Shown: positions 48,197 through 56,357 of the stretch, piece after piece
How the letters are laid out: each line of letters starts with the position of its first letter
How positions within the stretch are numbered: the stretch's first letter is position 1
Source of the DNA: Anaerotignum sp.
Lineage (GTDB): Bacteria > Bacillota > Clostridia > Lachnospirales > Anaerotignaceae
Length of the DNA: 64,000 nucleotides
Direction of reading: 5' to 3'
Assembly (NCBI GenBank): GCA_017483025.1
Contig: JAFUMA010000124.1
Span: 2,486-66,485 of the forward strand
Made by a program: the position numbers and the translations under genes
The notes under the pieces: model-generated
What the model was told of the DNA's origin: nothing
Databases searched by the model: none
The model's input: only the letters and a program-made list of their open reading frames with translations

Positions 48197-50380
48197 TTAC
48201 AGGATGTCGTTGATATCAGATTTCAAAACATCTGCCTTGGGGCCATAGACCGCCTGGATGCCGTTGTCTTTCTTGATGAGGCCCAGGGCGCCTTCCGCCT
48301 TCCATTCAGCCAGTTCGGCAACCTTGCTCAGGTCTTTTACTGTGACACGCAGACGTGTCATGCAGGCATCCACCAGAGTGATGTTTTCACGACCGCCCAG
48401 GAGAGCGATGATTCGTTCTGCCTGTGTGCCGCCTGCTGTTGTGTTGCTTACGGAAGCGGAAGCTTCTTCGCTTTCTGTTTCGTCTGTATAGTTACCCAGT
48501 CGGCCAGGTGTGGCAAATTTAAATTTGCCGATCATAAAGTATGCAACAAAGTAGCCGATGACAAAGAATGCCACGCAGCAGATCAGGAAGTTGACGATAT
48601 CGCCGTTGAGGCCCGCTTTCAGGGACATGGGCACACGTGTCATGAATTCCAGATTACCGAAGGAATGCAGGCGCAGGTCGATGATGCCCGCCATAGCGAA
48701 GGCACAGCCCTGCAGCAGTGCATATACCACATACAGAGGCAGTGCACAGAACATGAACATGAATTCCAGAGGTTCTGTTACGCCTGTCAGGAATACTGCC
48801 AGAACAGTGGAGATGAACATGGAACGGTAGTTTCTGCGTTTATCCGCATCTACACGGCGATACATTGCCAGGGCGATACCCAGCAGCAGACCTGTTGCAC
48901 CGATCATCTGGCCAACTTTGAAACGGGCAGGTGTAACTGTTGCCAGCAGGTTTTCGTATGCTGCCATGTCACCCATATCCTTGAAGTTGATCAAGTCTGT
49001 TACCCATGCCAGCCACAGAGGGTCCTGACCGAATACTTCGGCGCCGGCGTTGATGCCTGTCTGGATGAGGTATGTGCCGCCGAAGGATGTGTAGTTCATG
49101 GGGATGGTCAGCATATGATGCAGACCGAAGGGCAGCAGCAGACGTTCCAGTGTGCCGTAGATAAAAGGCGCCAGAATAGGAGATGTTGTGGAGGAGTTGG
49201 CAATCCAGATGCCAAAAGCATTGATGCCAGCCTGTACCACAGGCCATACGACTGCCATGATCAGGGAAACGATGGTGGAATAGAAGATAACAGCCAGTGG
49301 AACGAAGCGTTTGCCGTTGAAGAAGGCCAGTGCTTCGGGCAGTTTGCGGAAATTATAGTATTTATTGTAGACAGTACCGCCGACGAAACCGGAGATGATG
49401 CCTACGAAAACACCCATATTCAGCGCAGGAGCGCCCAGAACAGAGGTGAAGTAGTTTTCTACCAGCATTTCCTGACCAAAGAAGGAGGAGACCACAGCGC
49501 CTTCTTCGGAAAGCATTGCGCTGTTTACGCCGAATACTGCACCTGTGATGCAGTTGATCAGGATGAACGCGATGATGGCTGCGAATGCGCCGCCTGCTCT
49601 TTCCTTCGCCCAGGAACCACCGATGGCAGCAGCGAAGAGAATGTGCAGGTTATTGATGATGGCCCAGCCGATGTTTTCCATGGTGGAACCTACGATCATC
49701 AGGAAAGAAAGATCTGCCATCTGGAACAGCTTGCCTACGCTCAGCATAATACCTGCGGCAGGCATAACGGCGATAACTGTCATCAGCACCTTGCCAAGCT
49801 TCTGCAGGAAGTCGAAATTGATGCCGCCTTTTTTCTTGGGTTCTTCTTTTACTGTTTCTACTGCGGCGGGCTCTTCTGCTGCAATTTCCGCTGCAGGAGC
49901 TTCACCACCCAATGTGATGACACTGTCTTTACCAGCCACTACATTGCCGCTTGCTGTGTACAAAGGCAGGTCGTCTGCACCATCGCAGATCAGCACGGGA
50001 GTGATAGTAGGAACGTTTTTGCTTTCCAGGAATTTCAGGTCTACTTCTGCAATCAGATCGCCAGCCTTGACCATGTCGCCCACATTGACATGGCTGACGA
50101 AGCCTTCGCCCTTCAGGGCAACGCTGTCCAGACCCACATGGATAAGAATCTCCAGATCGTCTTCGGAGATGAAGCCGTAAGCATGCAGGGTATCTGCCAC
50201 GCTTGCCACTTCGCCGCTTACGGGTGCGTAAATTTTGCCGTCCTCAGGGATGATAGCGATGCCGTCGCCCAGGATCTTCTGGGAAAAAACTGCATCAGGA
50301 ACCTGTTCCAGAGGAACTACTTTGCCGCTCAGCGGCGCCAGGATGGATTTTACCATTTCGGTATTTGTATTGCTGCTCAT
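48197..50380 (-). CDS. PTS glucose/maltose-family permease with domain order EIIA-EIIC-EIIB
   Basis: The N-terminus is EIIA-Glc (VFSQKILGDG...HAYG...IHVGLDSV). A polytopic EIIC follows. The C-terminus is EIIB (ITLVDACMTRLRV). Start taken at MSSNTN (GAAGGGG RBS). Confidence 0.85.
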   Translation of the reverse strand: MSSNTNTEMVKSILAPLSGKVVPLEQVPDAVFSQKILGDGIAIIPEDGKIYAPVSGEVASVADTLHAYGFISEDDLEILIHVGLDSVALKGEGFVSHVNVGDMVKAGDLIAEVDLKFLESKNVPTITPVLICDGADDLPLYTASGNVVAGKDSVITLGGEAPAAEIAAEEPAAVETVKEEPKKKGGINFDFLQKLGKVLMTVIAVMPAAGIMLSVGKLFQMADLSFLMIVGSTMENIGWAIINNLHILFAAAIGGSWAKERAGGAFAAIIAFILINCITGAVFGVNSAMLSEEGAVVSSFFGQEMLVENYFTSVLGAPALNMGVFVGIISGFVGGTVYNKYYNFRKLPEALAFFNGKRFVPLAVIFYSTIVSLIMAVVWPVVQAGINAFGIWIANSSTTSPILAPFIYGTLERLLLPFGLHHMLTIPMNYTSFGGTYLIQTGINAGAEVFGQDPLWLAWVTDLINFKDMGDMAAYENLLATVTPARFKVGQMIGATGLLLGIALAMYRRVDADKRRNYRSMFISTVLAVFLTGVTEPLEFMFMFCALPLYVVYALLQGCAFAMAGIIDLRLHSFGNLEFMTRVPMSLKAGLNGDIVNFLICCVAFFVIGYFVAYFMIGKFKFATPGRLGNYTDETESEEASASVSNTTAGGTQAERIIALLGGRENITLVDACMTRLRVTVKDLSKVAELAEWKAEGALGLIKKDNGIQAVYGPKADVLKSDINDIL

Positions 50381-50592
50381 TTTTTGACCCCTTCTCAATT
50401 TTATTTTTCTGTAATCATTTCAGAAACTTTCTGCAATCATAATATATCTATTGCATAGAAATTTCAAGACGAAATCACTTCTTATTTATAAGGTTCTCCG
50501 TTATACACAAATTCGCCATATCCATTTTGTGCAAAAATCCTCAAGCATTTGCACAAAAGTTGCACAAGAGCACAAACAGAGCCGCCCTTTAT

Positions 50593-50621
50593 TTGACATT
50601 TCGAAAAATCGTCGTTACAAT
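50593..50621 (+). promoter_or_regulatory. Sigma-A promoter of the LacI-family regulator
   Basis: TTGACA, a 17-nt spacer, then TACAAT. Confidence 0.6.
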
Positions 50622-50683
50622 AGAATGAAAAGAAACTATTTGCATAAAACAAATATTATGTTTCATGAAAAGGATGTGCAACT

Positions 50684-51709
50684 ATGGCAGTTACAATAAA
50701 AGACGTAGCAAAACTGGCGGGCGTTTCCCCTTCCACGGTTTCCCGCGTTTGCAACGACAACCCCGCGATCAGCAGAGAGACCCGTGAAAGAGTACAAAAG
50801 GCCATGACACAGCTGGGCTATGAACTTCCTGCGGCAAATGACGCCCAGACATCTACTTCTATGAAGATGGTAGGCATCATTCTGCCCCCTTCTCCCCAGG
50901 ATGCTTATGACAACACTTTTTATCTGAAAGCGATCCGCGGGATCAGCCGCCTTTGCAATCAGCAGCAGGTGGCCAGCAATGTCATCACCGGGAAAGATTA
51001 CGAAGAGATCCTGCAATCTGTCCAAGCCCTTCACCGCAGCGGTATGGCAGATGGGTTTATTATGCTTTATTCTAAAAAAGATGATATCGTAGTGGATTAT
51101 TTATGCGAGCATGGTCTGCTGTATGTGATCGTCGGCAAAGCAAACGAACTGGCAAATCAGACCATCTGTATCGATAACGACAATCTGCTGGCAGGCAGAG
51201 AAGCAACAGATTATCTGTATGATCTGGGACATCGCCGCATAGGATACCTGGGCGGCAGGAGCGACTTCTTATATGCTTCCGACCGAAAATCCGGCTATCA
51301 GCTTTCCCTCCTGCAGCATGAACTGCCCGTTCGGGCAGAGTATTGCTTTGAGCTGGAAAGTATTCATTCTGACACACTGGATACTTTACAGGAGCTGCTG
51401 GCCAGAGAGGATCGCCCCACCGCTTTTGTTGTCAGCGATGATATGCTGGCATTGGCACTGGAAAGAGTGTGCCTACAGATGCAGCTTTCCATCCCTGATG
51501 ATATTTCCATTATTTCCTTCAACAACTCTCTCTATGCTCAGTTGTCCTCCCCCCAACTGACTTCTGTAGATATCAATCCTTTCCAGCTGGGTCACGAAGC
51601 CGCTGCACAAATCATCAATCATGCAGAATACCCCAACTTGATGGCAACGAAAATCGTTGTCCCCCACCGTATTATAGAACGGGACAGCTGTAAAAAAATC
51701 GAATCATAA
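50684..51709 (+). CDS. LacI-family transcriptional regulator (MalR-like by context)
   Basis: HTH motif VTIKDVAKLAGVSPSTVSRV plus a periplasmic-binding-like effector domain. Divergent from the PTS-malQ operon. Confidence 0.9.
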   Translation: MAVTIKDVAKLAGVSPSTVSRVCNDNPAISRETRERVQKAMTQLGYELPAANDAQTSTSMKMVGIILPPSPQDAYDNTFYLKAIRGISRLCNQQQVASNVITGKDYEEILQSVQALHRSGMADGFIMLYSKKDDIVVDYLCEHGLLYVIVGKANELANQTICIDNDNLLAGREATDYLYDLGHRRIGYLGGRSDFLYASDRKSGYQLSLLQHELPVRAEYCFELESIHSDTLDTLQELLAREDRPTAFVVSDDMLALALERVCLQMQLSIPDDISIISFNNSLYAQLSSPQLTSVDINPFQLGHEAAAQIINHAEYPNLMATKIVVPHRIIERDSCKKIES

Positions 51710-51715
51710 CACAAA

Positions 51716-51746
51716 AAGCACATATCAAGTCCTTGATATGTGCTTT
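51716..51746 (+). terminator. Intrinsic terminator after the LacI-family regulator
   Basis: AAGCACATATCAAG-tcc-TTGATATGTGCTT followed by TTTC TTTT. Confidence 0.8.
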
Positions 51747-51771
51747 TCTTTTATATGCATTTTACGCGTAT

Positions 51772-52083
51772 TTATTTATGCATCTGTTCCCTACTCTGTT
51801 CTTTTTCATTGGCACGAGCCATCAGATCCGCTGCAATCGCAGCGGAAATATTATGCCATGCACGGAAGATCGCGCCAGGTAATGTTGCCAGTGCCAGGGA
51901 GGGGAAACAAGAAGCTGCCAGTGTTGTCCCCATGCCGGAGTTCTGCATGCCAACTTCGATGGCGATAGCCTTTCTCTTTGCAACAGACATCTTCACAATC
52001 TTGCCTGCCAGAAAGCCCAGACCATAACCACAGCATATACCTGGATCGCCGCTTCTGCAGTGGTACCTGTATCTGCTTTTTAC
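51772..52083 (-). pseudogene. 5'-truncated remnant of a bile-acid:Na+ symporter (BASS/SBF) family gene
   Basis: Only the last ~100 codons are open (...GYGLGFLAGKIVKMSVAKRKAIAIEVGMQNSGMGTTLA...). The frame closes at a TGA about 20 nt from the stop of the neighbouring gene, and the ~200 N-terminal residues of this family are missing. Confidence 0.5.
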
Positions 52084-52104
52084 GAATCAACTTTCTGCTC
52101 TGAT

Positions 52105-54060
52105 TTATTTTTTCAGATATTTCATCAGCATCTGTGCCGTATGGGCTCTCTGGGCATGCCCATCGGGGTTCAGTGTGCCATCCTCATTGCCGCTGATGAT
52201 GCCTGCGCCACAGGCCCACTGCATGGCAGGGATTGCATATTCGCTGATATCAAAGGCATCCTCGTAGGAAAGGATATTTGTATCTTCGCCTACGCTCACA
52301 TCATAGCCTTTGTATTTTGCATATCTCCAGAGGATGGATGCCAGCTGTTCTCTTGTCACTGCATCCGCTGCGCCGAAAGTATTGCCGTCATAGCCGGACA
52401 TAACGCCGGTTTCTGTTGCCCAGATTATAGCATCTCTGGAAGGATGGGCTTCCCCCACATCCTGGAAAAAACACTGTGTATATGCTTTAGGGTTGCCTTC
52501 TGCCGCCCACAGTGCTTCCGCTATCATGGCGCGGGTAGTCACATCATGGATGCCGAAAGTACCGTCTGCTTTGTTTTTCAAGATGCCGTTTTTCAGACAA
52601 TATGCAACGCCGTCATGATACCACTGCGTATCAGGGAAACCGTACTCCTTGCCGTCCAGTTTCGCATAACAGGGCATAAAGGCTTTGTTCAGGGCTTCCA
52701 TCCATGTTTTGCCATTGGCGCGTTTCACATCCAGCGTATTGATCATGACATCTCTGGTATTCAGCCTGTTGCCTGTGTCGGGGCTCATGATGGTGCCAAC
52801 TGCGCTGACAACATAATATTTCCCATCTACCTTACCCAGATAGATCATTTCATGTCCGGGGAAGCACAGAGCAGAACCCAGAGGCATTTCATCCAGGATC
52901 AGGCATTTCTCTTCAATAGACATATTTGTCATGTCGATTTTTTCCATATTCATGTTCCACTGCCAGTTACCGTTTCTGGCAACTTCCAGACCAAAGCAGG
53001 AATACACCGTACGCACCAGACCGGAGCAATCCTCTACATCCAGCATGCCGCCCCAGCCATAGGCATCGCCCAAATTATTGAAGGTGATCATAGCGATATT
53101 TTCCATGGTCAGAGGCAGATAACCGATATTAACCTTTGCTGTTTCAGGAATCAGCGCCATCTGTTTGCTGTAACTGCCGTCATCATTGCGTACCGGCAGA
53201 TAAACGACATAGTTATGGTAGGGAGAACGGTTGCCGATCATCTGATCGGGGGCCAGCTCTGTCACCAGCTCCAGAGCCGTGCCTGTGGTCAGCATTCTTC
53301 TGGAGGTCTGGGGTGTTTCATAAGAAGCATCGGTATAAACCTTATTGCCGTAAACCACCAGCAGGTCTTCGGAGGGCAGATCCCACGCTGAGAGCCATTC
53401 TTCCTTATTGGCACAGAGGGCTACATCCTCTGCAGGCACCCAGCCGGAACAGCTGGCAATACGCGCCAGATAATATTTCCCGTCAGCAGAAGTATTATAA
53501 ATGATCAGAGGTTCATTGACAGGCACTGCGCTGAGGGCCATATTGTCAGAATCCTTGTCATTGGGGTCATCCAACAGAAGATTTTCGCTGGGGAACACCT
53601 GCACAACAGTCCTGTTGACGGCAATGCCATAACGGGTTGGCATCACTTCCGCCGCATCGGCGTCCTGTGTATTGTCGATCATTTCCTGAAAATACGCCCA
53701 GTCGGTTTTATTGCCATCCTTATCATATGTCCAGCTCAGGTAATACTGGGCATCAGATGCAGCGGACGAAATCAGAGAAGCATTTCGGGAAATGCCATTG
53801 TATGTTTCTGCGGCTGTTTTCAGATCCATCACCATAGTTCCATCGGCAAGAAAAGTGTCCTCATTGAACGCCTTAATCTCTTCCGGTGTCAGGATCACAT
53901 CTCTGTAGCCTTCATGGTAATCCGCCCAGTAAGATGCCTGAGACATTTCCGCCGTTACATCGGGCATATAGGTGACCCCTGCCAGCGCAGGCTGCACCAT
54001 AGACACCGAAAGCGCCAGAGCCAGAGACAGGCTCAGTATTTTTTTCGGTTTATGTAACAT
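52105..54060 (-). CDS. Secreted NlpC/P60 cell-wall hydrolase with three C-terminal SLH domains
   Basis: Signal peptide and the NlpC/P60 catalytic Cys motif DCSGLVRTVY. Three SLH-like repeats follow (FPDTQW...GTF..., FQDVGEAH...GNTF..., YEDAFDIS...GTLNP). Start at MLHKPKK (GGAGGAG RBS). Confidence 0.8.
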   Translation of the reverse strand: MLHKPKKILSLSLALALSVSMVQPALAGVTYMPDVTAEMSQASYWADYHEGYRDVILTPEEIKAFNEDTFLADGTMVMDLKTAAETYNGISRNASLISSAASDAQYYLSWTYDKDGNKTDWAYFQEMIDNTQDADAAEVMPTRYGIAVNRTVVQVFPSENLLLDDPNDKDSDNMALSAVPVNEPLIIYNTSADGKYYLARIASCSGWVPAEDVALCANKEEWLSAWDLPSEDLLVVYGNKVYTDASYETPQTSRRMLTTGTALELVTELAPDQMIGNRSPYHNYVVYLPVRNDDGSYSKQMALIPETAKVNIGYLPLTMENIAMITFNNLGDAYGWGGMLDVEDCSGLVRTVYSCFGLEVARNGNWQWNMNMEKIDMTNMSIEEKCLILDEMPLGSALCFPGHEMIYLGKVDGKYYVVSAVGTIMSPDTGNRLNTRDVMINTLDVKRANGKTWMEALNKAFMPCYAKLDGKEYGFPDTQWYHDGVAYCLKNGILKNKADGTFGIHDVTTRAMIAEALWAAEGNPKAYTQCFFQDVGEAHPSRDAIIWATETGVMSGYDGNTFGAADAVTREQLASILWRYAKYKGYDVSVGEDTNILSYEDAFDISEYAIPAMQWACGAGIISGNEDGTLNPDGHAQRAHTAQMLMKYLKK

Positions 54061-54255
54061 TTCCAACTCCTCCTTTGCAGTCATATCCTGTTTGTATTGT
54101 ACCACCCTTTTACATTGCTGTCATGCAAAAGACAGAAAACCGACGGCGTAGATTGTGTTCCCATGAGAAAACCGAAAAAACGCACTGATGGGGTGCAGTA
54201 TCCGGGCAGGAAAATCCTACACAGCAAAACATACTGAAGAATAAGCAACAAAAAA

Positions 54256-54287
54256 ACACTTTGGCGCAATGGCCAAAGTGTTTTTTT
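54256..54287. terminator. Bidirectional intrinsic terminator
   Basis: A7, then ACACTTTGGC-gcaatg-GCCAAAGTGT, then T7. Confidence 0.8.
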
Positions 54288-54301
54288 ACTTTGAACATCA
54301 A

Positions 54302-55384
54302 TTAAAAATCCGAGGTAAAGTTAACAGGAATTGTCATTGTTGTGGATGTCGTTTCGGAAGTTGCTGTATCAGTTACTGTGATAGTACCTGTCCATTGGCT
54401 GCCGGAAATATCAAAGTCGCCATTGCTGGTCGCTGCTGCGAAAGATGTATCTTCAAAAAGCCATGTAATATCTTCCATGATCGCCGCAGAAACATCTTCT
54501 TCCACAGCGCCGTAATCTACATATACGCCATATGCAATATTTTCCAAAGCCAGATTCATGGCTGTTTCCAGTGTAGGCGCAGTTACAGTCAATGTTGTGG
54601 GAATGATCACATCTTCTTTTGTATCTGCAAACCATTCTGCGGGCAGTGTCCAGGAAATGGGATATGTACCGGGTTTTACAGACAGGCTGGGCTGCAGATC
54701 AGGAATCAGATAACCTTCTTCAAAATCATAGCTCATGCCCTGGCTGAATAATTCAATATCAGCATTCAGTTCATAATGATATTCGAAGAAATCGGGTTCT
54801 TCCTTGAAAGTTACGCCATCTATAGAAATGATCGTGTCCATTTCCACACCGGCTTCTGTTGTAACAGGGAATGCAGAGGCCACTTCTCCTGCGGGAACTT
54901 CGGGCAGTTTGATGGGTTCTTCTTCCTCTTCAAAGCCTTCCGCTTTTACGATGATTACGGATTTTGTCGCTTCTTCCCAGCCAACGTCATAGCCAAAGGC
55001 TTCTGCCAGATATCTGGCAGGGGCGTAGATACGGCTGTCGGCAATCACGGGTGTCGTATCCATTTCGATAAATCCTTCAACGGTTGAATAATCATTGAGG
55101 AAAGCGTGATATTCATCGACACCGACAGTGAACTCAACTGTTCCAATACCATCAGTAAAGGATGCTGTATTAGTATCATCATTCCATACAACTTCCAGTC
55201 CCAGTGCATTGGCAATAGGGCGCAGGGGCACCAGTGTGCGACTGTCTTCATTGATGAAAGGCTTTGCATCTGTCCATGCAACAGGAGTGCCTTCTACAGT
55301 TACATTAAGATCAGCAGCGAAGACTGTGGTACTCATGCCTACTGCCAGCAAAGCAGCGGAAATTATGGAAAGTATTCTTTTCAT
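54302..55384 (-). CDS. Secreted protein with an N-terminal copper-amine-oxidase-like (stalk) domain and an unassigned C-terminal region
   Basis: Signal peptide (VFAADL). Stalk pattern SRTLVPLRPIANALGLEVVWND...SRIYAPARYLAEAFGYDVGW. Confidence 0.6.
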   Translation of the reverse strand: MKRILSIISAALLAVGMSTTVFAADLNVTVEGTPVAWTDAKPFINEDSRTLVPLRPIANALGLEVVWNDDTNTASFTDGIGTVEFTVGVDEYHAFLNDYSTVEGFIEMDTTPVIADSRIYAPARYLAEAFGYDVGWEEATKSVIIVKAEGFEEEEEPIKLPEVPAGEVASAFPVTTEAGVEMDTIISIDGVTFKEEPDFFEYHYELNADIELFSQGMSYDFEEGYLIPDLQPSLSVKPGTYPISWTLPAEWFADTKEDVIIPTTLTVTAPTLETAMNLALENIAYGVYVDYGAVEEDVSAAIMEDITWLFEDTSFAAATSNGDFDISGSQWTGTITVTDTATSETTSTTMTIPVNFTSDF

Positions 55385-55609
55385 TCTTCATTCCTCCTCA
55401 TATTGAAATTCATATCATTAGCATACAATAACACTATGAATATGTCAACCAGAAGCAGACAGTTGCCTTTGCAGAGAACGCAAAAATCCCCACAGGAACC
55501 TTCCTCCCGTCACGGAAGGCAAGGAAACGCAGGGACAAAATTGAACATTTGCAGAGAACATGATAAGGCGATATAGTTTCCCATATCGTCTTTAAATAGA
55601 AACGAAAAA

Positions 55610-55643
55610 GGCATCCCAGCAAGTTTTTTCCTTGCCCGATGCC
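55610..55643 (-). terminator. Intrinsic terminator immediately after direct-repeat copy A
   Basis: Minus strand reads GGCATCGGGCAAG-gaaaaaa-CTTGCTGGGATGCC followed by TTTTT. Confidence 0.7.
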
Positions 55644-55650
55644 TTTTCAT

Positions 55651-55701
55651 AAGTGTTTCAGCCTCGTAATCCTGGTACGTGCCGAAAGAGTATGGAGGTG
55701 A
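55651..55701. repeat. Direct-repeat copy A (51 nt) of the ssrA 3' end plus its downstream flank
   Basis: By hand alignment, 39 of 51 positions are identical to 57593-57643. Both ends match perfectly: AAGTGTTTCAGCC (13 nt) and TGGAGGTGA (9 nt, the reverse complement of the last tmRNA acceptor bases). Confidence 0.65.
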
Positions 55702-56031
55702 TCCATATATCACGATTATCACTTCCAAACCTTAAGGCTATCCTTTGTAACACAGGTCGAACATTGCTTCTGCCTTCTATCGTCATTCGCCGTTTTTTAT
55801 AAGGGACATGTTTGTTATTCACGCCCACTTTCATCATTGCCGTATAGACATTCCAATACCTCTGCCGAACAAAGAACCTTTCTAATATAAATCATTATGG
55901 AGAATTCATTATTGCAGAGCTTCAGCATGAATAATCAACCTCTAAAAGAACGATTTCTTTTCCGCTTCAAAACAACCCCACTTAATGTTCCCAAAAGTTC
56001 CTTCGGATTGGAGGCTGCGGGCTCCTCGCTG

Positions 56032-56235
56032 TCACAGCAACCTTTCCACCTTTGCGATTGTCTCCTGCTCCGACAGTTCCAGATCTAAAATATCCATAAC
56101 ACGGTCTGTCAGATCAGGCTCCTTCAACACGACAGCAAAAATTTTATGACCGCCTTCATTGGAAATTTTACCGCAGCGAATCATATACTCCAACAAATCC
56201 ACCACGGGCTGTATTTTTTTACGTTTTTCTATCAT
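56032..56235 (-). CDS. Hypothetical small protein (~67 aa)
   Basis: Start at MIEKRKKIQ with GGGAG 9 nt upstream. No family recognised. The ORF-track start at 56301 is probably an over-extension. Confidence 0.3.
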   Translation of the reverse strand: MIEKRKKIQPVVDLLEYMIRCGKISNEGGHKIFAVVLKEPDLTDRVMDILDLELSEQETIAKVERLL

Positions 56236-56357
56236 TCTGCATTTCTCCCTTCTCTGACACGCAGCTGCTCTGTCTTTCTGCCTGCCTGTTATCCCTTTCA
56301 TATACTTGTGTCTATTTTACCACTACTAAATAATAAATACAATTCTATGAGATATAG

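Noticed and set aside
55702-56031. Possible integrase, transposase or group II intron remnant in the non-coding part of the islet. One minus-strand frame reads ...RYWNVYTAMMKVGVNNKHVPYKKRRMTIEGRSN...
   Set aside because: The frame is short, it has no start codon or RBS, and I cannot match it to any recombinase or maturase motif. It is kept only as part of the islet description.
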